From a virus (lineage: Duplodnaviria > Caudoviricetes), in the IMG/VR virus record IMGVR_UViG_3300034160_000204, positions 1 through 38,909 of that record: DNA of 38,909 bases. The stretch is one strand, 5' to 3'. Made by a program: the position numbers and the translations under genes. Of this stretch, positions 25,598-34,381 are shown one piece after another (the stretch's first letter is position 1; each line of letters starts with the position of its first letter). The notes beneath the pieces are model-generated. The model did no database searches. It was not told the origin of the DNA and saw only the letters and a list, made by a program, of their open reading frames with translations.

Positions 25598-27037
25598 GTG
25601 ACTGAAGGCGAGATGAAAGCGCTGCAACGCGCAAACAACAGCACCGAACGCGAGCGCCTTCGGTCGCTTAGCAGCCTGCTGTATGGCACCAGTAACACTA
25701 AACGCGGGCGGCTGTATCAGGAATTTGGCTACCCGATCCACTTAACGTTTGATGATTTTTATCGTGCATATCGCCGCAACGCGATAGCCGGCGCCGCAGT
25801 AAAGCGCATGACTGACGGCTGCTGGGAGGATATGCCGGAAATTTACGAAGGAAATAGCGACGAGAAAGCAACGGAACAGACCGCCTGGGATAAGCGCATT
25901 AATAAACTGCTAAAACGCCACTGGCAGCAAATTAAAGGCGCTGATCGCCGTAATCTGGTTGGCCGGTACTCGGCACTGTTACTGCAAATCAGAGACGGGC
26001 AAAGCTGGGACCAACCGGTAAGCGTTGAGGCTGTCGGACTGTTGAAAGAGCGTGCACTCGTCCGACTGATCCCAGTGTGGGAGGCGCAGATTGATCCGAT
26101 TAATTGGGATGAGAATGCAAGTAGTGAGACGTTCGGCCAGCCAATCATGTATTCATTCGTTGAGCTATCCGTAGGCGGGCGAAACGATGGCAGACCGGGG
26201 CGTATTATCAATGTACATCCCGATCGCGTAATTATCCTGGCTGAAGGGTCCGACGACGGAAATTTGTTCTCTGGCACATCACTACTGGAGGAGGGTTTCA
26301 ACAAGCTGCTGGATATCGAGAAAGTTTCAGGGGGCGCATCAGAAGGATTCCTTAAAAATGCCAGCCGACAGTTGAATTTCAACTTCAGCGAAAAAACAAA
26401 CTTCTCAGCACTAGCCCGCGCTCTTGGTGTAGAGGACAACCAGCTCGCTGACGCGATGGATGATCAGGTGCGCAGGCTGAATGAGAACCTGGATTCTGCC
26501 AATATCATGCAGGCCGGCGATGCCAGCGTGCTATCTGTCGCTGCCGCAGATCCGGAGCCCACATGGCGCACCGCGCTTAGCGAATTTTGCGCCACGGTGC
26601 CAATCCCGCTGAAAGTATTGGTGGGAATGCAGACTGGGGAACGCGCATCAACCGAGGATATGAAGGACTGGGCAAAAACCCGCAAGGGGCGGCGAGAGGG
26701 ATTTCTGACCGATATCATTACCGATATTGTTAATCGATTCTGGAGCCTGGGCGTTATTGATGCACCAGTTGGTGGAGAGATCACTGTCGAGTGGTCAGAT
26801 TTATTGGCACCAAGCGAAGCGGATAAGCTGGGCAACATGACAAAGGCTGCTGACGTCGCTGAAAAAACGACGCGCGCTTTCGGACGTTCGGCAATCACAG
26901 AAAACGAGGTTCGTGCTGCGGGTGAACTGCAGACGGATCCATCTCTTGATGGCGGTAATGAGGATGACAAACCAAAAAATCGGCCAAATCCTCTCGCCGA
27001 TGATGCGACCAAACAGCCCGGTAATTCCCCGCAATAA
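25598..27037 (+). CDS. Portal protein (DUF1073-like)
   Basis: 479 aa right after TerL; EFGYP, VHPDRV, GMQTGERAS.ED motifs. Confidence 0.85.
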   Translation: MTEGEMKALQRANNSTERERLRSLSSLLYGTSNTKRGRLYQEFGYPIHLTFDDFYRAYRRNAIAGAAVKRMTDGCWEDMPEIYEGNSDEKATEQTAWDKRINKLLKRHWQQIKGADRRNLVGRYSALLLQIRDGQSWDQPVSVEAVGLLKERALVRLIPVWEAQIDPINWDENASSETFGQPIMYSFVELSVGGRNDGRPGRIINVHPDRVIILAEGSDDGNLFSGTSLLEEGFNKLLDIEKVSGGASEGFLKNASRQLNFNFSEKTNFSALARALGVEDNQLADAMDDQVRRLNENLDSANIMQAGDASVLSVAAADPEPTWRTALSEFCATVPIPLKVLVGMQTGERASTEDMKDWAKTRKGRREGFLTDIITDIVNRFWSLGVIDAPVGGEITVEWSDLLAPSEADKLGNMTKAADVAEKTTRAFGRSAITENEVRAAGELQTDPSLDGGNEDDKPKNRPNPLADDATKQPGNSPQ

Positions 27038-27971
27038 ATCTGACCCAACGATGTCCACTCGATCCGTAAATCGTATGGTGAAGGATATTGAGGGGCGCTA
27101 TTACGCAATAAAGGTGGCGCTGAAAACCCTGTTTGACCAGCGCTTAATTGGGCGAGAACAACTTGGGAATAGCCACGCGTGGCATTTTTTATGTCATACG
27201 AACGGCGATGATCCAACGCTGTACCAGGCGAACGCCAGCACGTTTATTTATGACATGAACGCCGGGCAATTAGCTGACCTGCTGCAAATCGTGCAAACCA
27301 TCCTTGACGATCACCTGCTCGATGGCGGTGAGCACAATTTGTGGGCGCTTGACTATATTGCCGCAGAGTACCAACGCGGAACGCAGCAGGCGTTTAACAA
27401 TCTGTCTGCGCAATCGCAACTCTATGCTCAGCAGACCACGCTGGTGCAACTGCTATCTTCTCCCGCGCGCCAGAATCAGATCGCCTCGGCATATATCAGT
27501 ACCTACAGCGATTGGAAGCTGGAAAGTGACCGGGCACGCGGGGATTTGGCAAACATTATTGCTGATGCCGTTGGGCGCGGCGTCAACCCGCGCGAGACAG
27601 CACAAATAGTCAGCAAGCGGCTTGACGTTAGCATGTCACGCGCGAAAAACATTGCTCAAACTGAGCAGGTTGGCGCGCTGCGGCAGGCTCAATGGAGTGA
27701 AACAGACTGGGCTGCCGAGCGACTTGGCCTAAACACAGGTTTGTTGTGGCTGTCTGCGCTCAAATCCACCACGCGCACGTGGCATGCCATCCGCCACGGT
27801 AAGGTATACACCACTGAAGAGGTGCGAAATTTCTACGCTGAGAGCGGAAATCGGTACAACTGCTATTGCAGCCAGATCCCCGTATTGCTCAACGCAGACG
27901 GTGGCATATTCAACGAAGGGTTGGCGGGTAAGTTAGCCGCCGAGCGTAAACAATGGGCAGAAGCAGCCTGA
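26964..27971 (+). CDS. Head morphogenesis protein (SPP1 gp7 / Mu gpF-like); start uncertain
   Basis: RAKNIAQTE, TTRTWH..RHG, YNCYC. Confidence 0.85.
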   Translation: MTNQKIGQILSPMMRPNSPVIPRNKSDPTMSTRSVNRMVKDIEGRYYAIKVALKTLFDQRLIGREQLGNSHAWHFLCHTNGDDPTLYQANASTFIYDMNAGQLADLLQIVQTILDDHLLDGGEHNLWALDYIAAEYQRGTQQAFNNLSAQSQLYAQQTTLVQLLSSPARQNQIASAYISTYSDWKLESDRARGDLANIIADAVGRGVNPRETAQIVSKRLDVSMSRAKNIAQTEQVGALRQAQWSETDWAAERLGLNTGLLWLSALKSTTRTWHAIRHGKVYTTEEVRNFYAESGNRYNCYCSQIPVLLNADGGIFNEGLAGKLAAERKQWAEAA

Positions 27972-27988
27972 ACAACTGAGGACGCAAC

Positions 27989-29374
27989 GTGAAGCTATCC
28001 AGCATCCACGTTAAATCCCTCGCCATCAACGCATCGAGCATCTCAACAACCACTATCGGCGATCAGGAACACTACGTTATTCGTGGTGCGGTTCCTATTG
28101 TCGACGACATTGTGATGAACGGTGGGTTGTATCCGGCGGAGGAGATTAACAACAGCTACCAGACGATGGAAGGCAAGCTTATGCCGCTGCCGCATCCGAA
28201 AGTAGATGGGAAATTCGTCAGCGCTAACGACCCGCGCGCGATCAACACATACCACGTAGGGGCGTGGGCGCAGAACGTCAGCAAGGCCGGCAACAAGGCT
28301 GTAATGGATGTTTACATCAATAAGGCTGTGGCTGAGTCAAAACCTGATGGCAAGCGCCTTGTGCAGCGTCTCGATGAGATGATCGCCGGTACTAATGACG
28401 ATCCTATCCACCTATCAACAGGGTTACTGCTGAATAAAGAGCAGAAATCAGGCGAATCGAAGGGAAAAAAATACTCTTGGATTGCCCACAATATGCAGTT
28501 TGACCACGTAGCCATACTGCTGGATGAGCCAGGCGCAGGAACACCCTCCGACGGTGTGGGGATGTTTGTGAATGCAGACGGGCAGGAGAGTTCTATCGAA
28601 TCTGCCAGCCTGACTGAAGCTGCAAACAATATGAAAGATGGCTTGTTGAACCGCGTGAAATTCTTCATCCACCACAACTCAGACGCGTCTTTTGATGAGA
28701 TCTACCAGATGCTGCGTGAAGCCATTCGCGCCCCCAGGGGGAGCGATATTTACCGCTACGTCGTCAGCGTCTGGCCGGATAAGTTCATCTATGAAGAGGG
28801 GCCGAAACTCTTCCAACTCAAGTATCTGATTGCCGACAGCGTGGTAACGCTCGTTGGCGAGCCTGTAGAGGTCGTGCGCAAACCCACTGAGTACGAAATC
28901 AAAACCAACGGAGAAACAAACCCGATGAAACAAAAAATGGTCGCTGCGCTCAATACCGCGGGCGTGAAAACCGAAGGGCTGACCGACGATCAGGTCTGGG
29001 ACGCCTATAACCAACACATGAAGAAAAAAGAAGGTGGCGGCGATCCTGCTGGCGGTCCGCAGGTGAATGCTGATGCCATCACCGCCGCAGTTAATGCCGC
29101 GATTGCGCCGCTAACGCAGAAAATTGGTGCCCTCGAAACGCAGTTGCAGGCTAACGCCGATAAGGAGTTGAACGAGAAGCGCCAGGCAGTAAAAGTAAAA
29201 TTTGGACTGGAAGATGCGGCTGTTAACGCGCTACAGGGCGATGCGCTGGATGGGTTCTACGCTAAGTGCCAAACGTCCGCCGGCATTCATGGCGGTTATC
29301 AGACTAACGCCGACGATCAGGATCAGTGGAAAGATTACGACCTGAACGCTGGCATGGAAGAAGGTAAAAAATAA
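27989..29374 (+). CDS. Prohead protease/scaffold protein (DUF2213-like)
   Basis: PLPHP, LSTG, DHVAIL..PGA; C-terminal coiled region; position before the capsid genes. Confidence 0.75.
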   Translation: MKLSSIHVKSLAINASSISTTTIGDQEHYVIRGAVPIVDDIVMNGGLYPAEEINNSYQTMEGKLMPLPHPKVDGKFVSANDPRAINTYHVGAWAQNVSKAGNKAVMDVYINKAVAESKPDGKRLVQRLDEMIAGTNDDPIHLSTGLLLNKEQKSGESKGKKYSWIAHNMQFDHVAILLDEPGAGTPSDGVGMFVNADGQESSIESASLTEAANNMKDGLLNRVKFFIHHNSDASFDEIYQMLREAIRAPRGSDIYRYVVSVWPDKFIYEEGPKLFQLKYLIADSVVTLVGEPVEVVRKPTEYEIKTNGETNPMKQKMVAALNTAGVKTEGLTDDQVWDAYNQHMKKKEGGGDPAGGPQVNADAITAAVNAAIAPLTQKIGALETQLQANADKELNEKRQAVKVKFGLEDAAVNALQGDALDGFYAKCQTSAGIHGGYQTNADDQDQWKDYDLNAGMEEGKK

Positions 29375-29805
29375 TGGCAAATGTCATTTATCGTGGTCCG
29401 GTTGAGCGCGAACCGGAAACTATCAATATCCCCATTGCTACCGCGCTAATTCCCGGTGTAGCGATGAAAAAGTTGTCCGCAAAAGCAACGGTGGCCACTG
29501 ATGCGAAGGGGCGCGTTTTCGTGCTGGGTAACCGTCGTTTTATTGGTCAGGACATCAACACCGCCTATGCGGTAAATGAAACTGCCGTCCTGTATCGCAC
29601 CGAGCCAGAGCAGGAATATTACGTACAGCTGGCCGCTGCGGCTTACACAATTGGTCAGGAATTGACGGTTGGGGCTGCTGGTGTGTTTAAGGCGGCGGTG
29701 ACTGGTGACGTCGTAATCGCCACTTTTGACGAAAAAGCGAACCGTACTCTTGCTGCGCAAGGGTTTGGCGACGTCGTCATCATTAATGCCTACGTCAAAG
29801 CATAA
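29374..29805 (+). CDS. Head decoration protein
   Basis: 143 aa, Ala/Gly/Val-rich, between scaffold and capsid. Confidence 0.7.
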   Translation: MANVIYRGPVEREPETINIPIATALIPGVAMKKLSAKATVATDAKGRVFVLGNRRFIGQDINTAYAVNETAVLYRTEPEQEYYVQLAAAAYTIGQELTVGAAGVFKAAVTGDVVIATFDEKANRTLAAQGFGDVVIINAYVKA

Positions 29806-29815
29806 GGGGAAAATA

Positions 29816-30847
29816 ATGCTGAAGTTTACGAAAGAGCAGCAGGCGCTAATTCTTAATGCGCGCCGACGCTGGGACACCATGCAGCGTAACATGGCTGCGC
29901 AGCATGGTTTTGCAGTGAATGATGCCAATGGTCGGTTTATCTCCTTTGATGAATTGGTCGGTAACGCCTCGGTACTACCGAAAGATGTTTGGGGGGAATG
30001 GGACCGCACCGCGATCACCGTTCAGCGTGATGTGCTGGCGGTATTTAACGATCTGGCAGCCAGCGTTTCACGCCCGATGGCGCTAGGTAAAATAGTCCAT
30101 TACTTCATGACGCTGTCCGACTCCGGCGACGTAAATGTCAGTTTGGATGGTCGCGGCAAGGCGAAAACCGATCAGCCGGTCATGGCGTACGAAGGCACGC
30201 CACTGCCAATCATCGACAGTGAGTTATCTTTCGGGTGGCGCCAGATGCTGGCAGCACAAACGGAAGGCTATTCGCTGGACAGTGATGCTATTTCCAATCA
30301 CCAGCGAAAAATTGCCGAGAAACTGGAAGATCTGGTGCTGAACGGTGATGCAAATGTCAACGTTGGTGGCTCGACCATATTCGGGCTGCGCAACGCGCCT
30401 TTCCGCGCAACAGGTACACACGGCCTGGATCTTAACGGTGCCACCGGTTTGCAGTGGGTTACTGCCATCAAAAATCTTATCGTCTTGCTGCATGCTCAGA
30501 ATTTCTATGCACCAGTAACTATCTATCTGAACTATTCAGACTGGTTTTACACCACCACTACGGATTATGTCGCCAACTACCCGAAAACCATTTTCACCCG
30601 CATCATGGAAATCCCCGGCGTATCTGCACTGGTGCCTGCGTCTCGCGTGCCGGTGAATGAACTGCTGGGTCTGGTTAAGCGTCCGGACGTAGTGCAAATC
30701 CTGAATGGCATGCCGATGACTATTCGCCCGAAAGCGCGTCAGAACCCTGAGGATGATTACGTATTCACCGTGCTGGCGGCGGCGTCTCCGCAGTTTAAGC
30801 ATGACCATAACGGTCAGGCCGGTTACGTCCAGGTAACCAAATCATAA
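29816..30847 (+). CDS. Major capsid protein, 343 aa
   Basis: Start MLKFTKE (AAGGGG RBS); size, synteny and a terminator downstream. Confidence 0.85.
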   Translation: MLKFTKEQQALILNARRRWDTMQRNMAAQHGFAVNDANGRFISFDELVGNASVLPKDVWGEWDRTAITVQRDVLAVFNDLAASVSRPMALGKIVHYFMTLSDSGDVNVSLDGRGKAKTDQPVMAYEGTPLPIIDSELSFGWRQMLAAQTEGYSLDSDAISNHQRKIAEKLEDLVLNGDANVNVGGSTIFGLRNAPFRATGTHGLDLNGATGLQWVTAIKNLIVLLHAQNFYAPVTIYLNYSDWFYTTTTDYVANYPKTIFTRIMEIPGVSALVPASRVPVNELLGLVKRPDVVQILNGMPMTIRPKARQNPEDDYVFTVLAAASPQFKHDHNGQAGYVQVTKS

Positions 30848-30850
30848 TTC

Positions 30851-30873
30851 AGGGGCTGCGGCCCTTTTCTTTT
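30851..30873 (+). terminator. Terminator after the capsid gene
   Basis: AGGGGC-tgcg-GCCCTT-TTCTTTT. Confidence 0.65.
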
Positions 30874-30884
30874 ATGGAGGCCTT

Positions 30885-31175
30885 ATGGCTGATGAGAAAA
30901 AACAAAAGTGGATGCTGACCCATGACAGCCACAAATTGAAAAAAGGTGCGATTTATGAGGGGGAGTCGCTTCCTTTGTGGCTGTCAGGTAAAGCCGTCCC
31001 TGTTGGTGATCAGGTATTTGAGGTGGCAACTCCCGGGGTGCTGGAAAAGCTCCAGGAAGATCTGGATGCGGCGAACGGTCAGGTCGACTCTCTTGCTGAA
31101 GTTAATGCAAAGCTCCAGGAAGATCTGGATGCGGCGCAAAAACAAATTACTGAACTGCAGAAGAAGGCGAAATAA
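30885..31175 (+). CDS. Hypothetical virion-associated protein with coiled-coil repeat
   Basis: GGAGG RBS; KLQEDLDAA occurs twice. Confidence 0.75.
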   Translation: MADEKKQKWMLTHDSHKLKKGAIYEGESLPLWLSGKAVPVGDQVFEVATPGVLEKLQEDLDAANGQVDSLAEVNAKLQEDLDAAQKQITELQKKAK

Positions 31176-31177
31176 TA

Positions 31178-31561
31178 ATGGCGGCCCAGATCCCCGCATC
31201 GGATGTAAAAGCACTGCTGGCAGAGCTGGGCTACGCCATCCCTGATGCTGTGCTAAACCTGCTGTTTTGCCAACTGGAAAAAATCCAGGACTGCTTGGAT
31301 AGCGCCGGATATGACGAATGTACGCAGCAACTCATCCAGCTGTATGCGATGTGTCTAATGTCGGCCTCGTCCGGGGCTAGGAAGATTAAATCGCAGGGGG
31401 CGCCGTCTGGTGCCTCCCGGTCATTTGACTACGGCGAAGACGGTCTTACCCAGTTACGCGAGGCATTGCGCGTTATTGACTCTGCCGGATGCACCGCGGC
31501 ATTGCCGATCACGGTGTCGCCTCCAGTGGGGCTCTTTATGGTTGTTGGTGGGAGGTGTTGA
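31178..31561 (+). CDS. Head-tail adaptor/connector
   Basis: Synteny; IKSQGAPSGASRSFDY motif. Confidence 0.7.
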   Translation: MAAQIPASDVKALLAELGYAIPDAVLNLLFCQLEKIQDCLDSAGYDECTQQLIQLYAMCLMSASSGARKIKSQGAPSGASRSFDYGEDGLTQLREALRVIDSAGCTAALPITVSPPVGLFMVVGGRC

Positions 31562-31563
31562 CG

Positions 31564-31665
31564 ATGATCGAGCCTGAAGAAAAAGAGCAGGAAGAAAAGC
31601 CAGATTGCGAGAAGTGCCCTGACTGCCCAGGATGCCCTGATCAATACAGCGAGTATCAACTATGA
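31564..31665 (+). CDS. 33-aa acidic CxxCxxCxxC peptide
   Basis: Hand-translated MIEPEEKEQEEKPDCEKCPDCPGCPDQYSEYQL; GGAGG RBS; stop overlaps the next ATG. Confidence 0.65.
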   Translation: MIEPEEKEQEEKPDCEKCPDCPGCPDQYSEYQL

Positions 31666-32000
31666 GCAGCCTCGCTAATTGGATTTACACCGCTAAAGCT
31701 ACTGTATGGCCGCTGACCGGTACAGACGACTGGAATAAACCGGCATACGGGCCGCCGATCATCATCGATTGCGACTACGGCAGCAAGACACGCCGGAAAG
31801 GTGCCGAAGCCGGTCGCGAAATTGCTGTGAAACTCTACGTCTGGACTGAATACGTCGATGCGAAGATGGGCGACAAGCTGGCGATAGGTGAATACACCTC
31901 ACTAACGCCAACTGATGACGCCAACGAGGTGATCGACATTGGCCGCGACGCTGACACGTTCGAGCGTATTGCTGATGACTACGAGATAGCGACGGGGTGA
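31662..32000 (+). CDS. Head closure / head-tail joining protein
   Basis: Synteny; 112 aa, likely beta-rich. Confidence 0.65.
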   Translation: MSSLANWIYTAKATVWPLTGTDDWNKPAYGPPIIIDCDYGSKTRRKGAEAGREIAVKLYVWTEYVDAKMGDKLAIGEYTSLTPTDDANEVIDIGRDADTFERIADDYEIATG

Positions 32001-32003
32001 TGC

Positions 32004-32375
32004 ATGGGGGTAAAGGTAAAAGGTTTAGCGCAGGCCAAGCGCAATCTTAATGCCCTGATAGGTGACATCCAGGGTAAAAAGGTGGTCAGGGCTATCTACA
32101 GAGCCTTGTTTATCGGCGGCGCTCAGGCTGCGATATATATCCCGATTGGCGACACATCCACATTAATCAACTCCCAGTTTCGCGAGATTGATACGCGCGG
32201 GTTAATGGTCACAGGGCGGATCGGTTACTCTGCAAACTACGCTGTATACGTCCATGATCCTAACGTTAAGCAAAACTTCCGCCGCGCTACTGCTAAGAAG
32301 GAGTTCCTAAAACTTGGCTTTGAAGAGACTCAAAACCAAATCGATAAAGCCGTTGCTGATGAGATGAGGCTATGA
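32004..32375 (+). CDS. HK97 gp10-like neck / tail completion protein
   Basis: PI.DTSTLINS, GYSANYAVYVH, KEFL motifs. Confidence 0.75.
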   Translation: MGVKVKGLAQAKRNLNALIGDIQGKKVVRAIYRALFIGGAQAAIYIPIGDTSTLINSQFREIDTRGLMVTGRIGYSANYAVYVHDPNVKQNFRRATAKKEFLKLGFEETQNQIDKAVADEMRL

Positions 32376-32752
32376 GCACACCGGTATTTATGAAGTTGCG
32401 CGATTGGCTGGTTGATGCCGGGTTGACCGCCGACTATAAGATTCAGTTGGCGCAGTGGGTGGAGCAGAAGGCTGACACGGGTACCATGAAATACATCGTG
32501 TTTCAGCCTGATGGTGGTACCGGGCGAATTCAGGACATTGGTGCAGATGATAACGTTCAGGTAATCCTGGTAAGTGGAAAGAACGACCCGCAACCGGTAA
32601 TTCTACGGGCTCAGGAAATCCTCAATTTCGTCACAGAGAATCCAGATGATTCATGCCTTAACTCGATATTCAACCTCGGCGGCCTACCAGCGCCAATCCC
32701 AACGGAAGAAGGCCGGACGGTGATCCGCTTACTCTTCCGATGTACCTCGTAA
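32372..32752 (+). CDS. Tail terminator protein
   Basis: Synteny before the major tail gene; PIPTEEGR. Confidence 0.7.
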   Translation: MSTPVFMKLRDWLVDAGLTADYKIQLAQWVEQKADTGTMKYIVFQPDGGTGRIQDIGADDNVQVILVSGKNDPQPVILRAQEILNFVTENPDDSCLNSIFNLGGLPAPIPTEEGRTVIRLLFRCTS

Positions 32753-32769
32753 ACCAACAACCACCAGAC

Positions 32770-32794
32770 AGGCTGCCTTCGGGTGGCCTTTTTT
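32770..32794 (+). terminator. Rho-independent terminator
   Basis: AGGCTGCC-ttcg-GGTGGCCT-TTTTT. Confidence 0.75.
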
Positions 32795-32819
32795 ATTTCC
32801 ATTAAAAGAGGTTATCACC

Positions 32820-33584
32820 ATGGCAGATTGCCAAAATGATACAGGCAAACTAATTGGTCGCAGTGCGGTTCTGCGATTGGCTCCAGGTTGCCCGGATGTG
32901 CGCCCCGATTTTGCTGAGTTTGTGCGCATGGGAGCGCTGACAACAAAAAGCTTCGACAACTCTATGAATTCTGTGACATCAGAGGCGGATGACACCAAGG
33001 GCTTTGTCGAGAACCTGGTCACAAACATGGATTACACCGTTAGCTTTGATGGCGAATGGCGTAAAAAAGATAAAGTGACCGATTACGGCCCGATCCGACT
33101 GTCAAAAGAGATAGTCACTGAAATTAAGGCCGGACGCCAGCCATCCTACTGGGTGATGCTGGATTATACCGGCGACGGCCTAACCGCGGTCTTTGTTGCT
33201 TACATGGTCGTAACGTCGTGGTCGGGCGAGTTCGGGGCGAGCGACATCGCGACGTACTCGGGCGAGTTCAAAGTGGCAGACTCGGATAGCGTCGAGTTCC
33301 TTGATGAAGAGATCGCCGTAACTGGTGTAACCGTAACGCCAACAAGCGGATCAGTAGCGATTGGCGCATCGACAACTTTTACGGTAAACGTGGCACCAAA
33401 CGACGCCACCGACAAAACGTTCACGGTTGTTTCATCGGTACCGGCACGCGCCACGGCAACCATCGCAGGCACCACGGTAACGGCAAGTTCACCCGGCAGC
33501 GCCACGGCGGGATCGGCAAACATCACCGTAACCACTACTGACGGCAGCTTTACAGCCGTGTATGCGCTGACTGTTACAGCGTAA
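32820..33584 (+). CDS. Major tail tube protein with C-terminal Ig-like (Big_2) domain
   Basis: Tube domain plus VTGVTVTP..VAPNDATDK..ITVTTTDGSFTA. Confidence 0.88.
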   Translation: MADCQNDTGKLIGRSAVLRLAPGCPDVRPDFAEFVRMGALTTKSFDNSMNSVTSEADDTKGFVENLVTNMDYTVSFDGEWRKKDKVTDYGPIRLSKEIVTEIKAGRQPSYWVMLDYTGDGLTAVFVAYMVVTSWSGEFGASDIATYSGEFKVADSDSVEFLDEEIAVTGVTVTPTSGSVAIGASTTFTVNVAPNDATDKTFTVVSSVPARATATIAGTTVTASSPGSATAGSANITVTTTDGSFTAVYALTVTA

Positions 33585-33636
33585 CTATCACAAAGGGCAT
33601 GTCTTGTGCCCTTGATGATGATTACTCGAGGCAACC

Positions 33637-34320
33637 ATGACACCACTAATCGAAATCGGCGAAATGCTCATCTCCAACCATGAACGCGATTATCTACTTC
33701 GCCCATCCTTCGCCAACATGTCACGGATAGGCCATCCAGCCGAGATTGTGGCAAGACATTACGAGTTACACCATGGTGAGGTGGCTCAATTAATCGAACG
33801 CGCCATAGAGGCTTATGGGACGATCCCAGCATGGTTAATTTCTCACATAAACTCACTCGGCACCGACACCGTCAAGGCTGCGATGGTTGTCATGCAGGCC
33901 TGTTGTGATGACGACCTGACACCATTAATCGGCGAGTGGAAGGGATGGAGGCGGGATATTGTGCGCAGGCGCGGGCGCATGAGTGATGCGGAGATCATTA
34001 TTGTGGCCCGTGAGTTGATAGAGCATGGCGTCAGCGGAAAGGCGAAATTGCGCCGCCTGCAAAGGCATGAAAACAGCAATGACTATTCCGCCGAGTTCCG
34101 TGTTGTGGAGTACATAAACGCCGCGCGGGCCCATTTCAACATGCCACGTGAAGAGGCAGAGCAACTGACGATGACTGAGTTTCAACTGATGCTGAAAGCC
34201 AAGTATCCAGAAGAGAAGGGCTTCACCAGGGAAGAGTACGACGCGGTTATCGATGCTGACGACCAGCGCACCGCTGAACTACTATCCGGCAAGCGCCGGC
34301 TTGTTAAATCAAAACGGTAA
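33637..34320 (+). CDS. Probable tail assembly chaperone (DUF6246-like)
   Basis: Between tail tube and tape measure; EAEQLTMTEF motif. Confidence 0.7.
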   Translation: MTPLIEIGEMLISNHERDYLLRPSFANMSRIGHPAEIVARHYELHHGEVAQLIERAIEAYGTIPAWLISHINSLGTDTVKAAMVVMQACCDDDLTPLIGEWKGWRRDIVRRRGRMSDAEIIIVARELIEHGVSGKAKLRRLQRHENSNDYSAEFRVVEYINAARAHFNMPREEAEQLTMTEFQLMLKAKYPEEKGFTREEYDAVIDADDQRTAELLSGKRRLVKSKR

Positions 34321-34340
34321 CCTCAAGAAAAAACACTGTC

Positions 34341-34364
34341 ACCTCGCCTTCGCGGGGTTTTTTT
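34341..34364 (+). terminator. Terminator before the tape measure gene
   Basis: ACCTCGC-cttc-GCGGGGT-TTTTTT. Confidence 0.7.
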
Positions 34365-34381
34365 ATGCCCGGAGATAACGA

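Noticed and set aside
25598-27037. Possible anti-CBASS (Acb1) label sometimes attached to DUF1073-type proteins
   Set aside because: Size and position between TerL and the gp7-like gene indicate a portal; no pair of HxT phosphodiesterase motifs is evident
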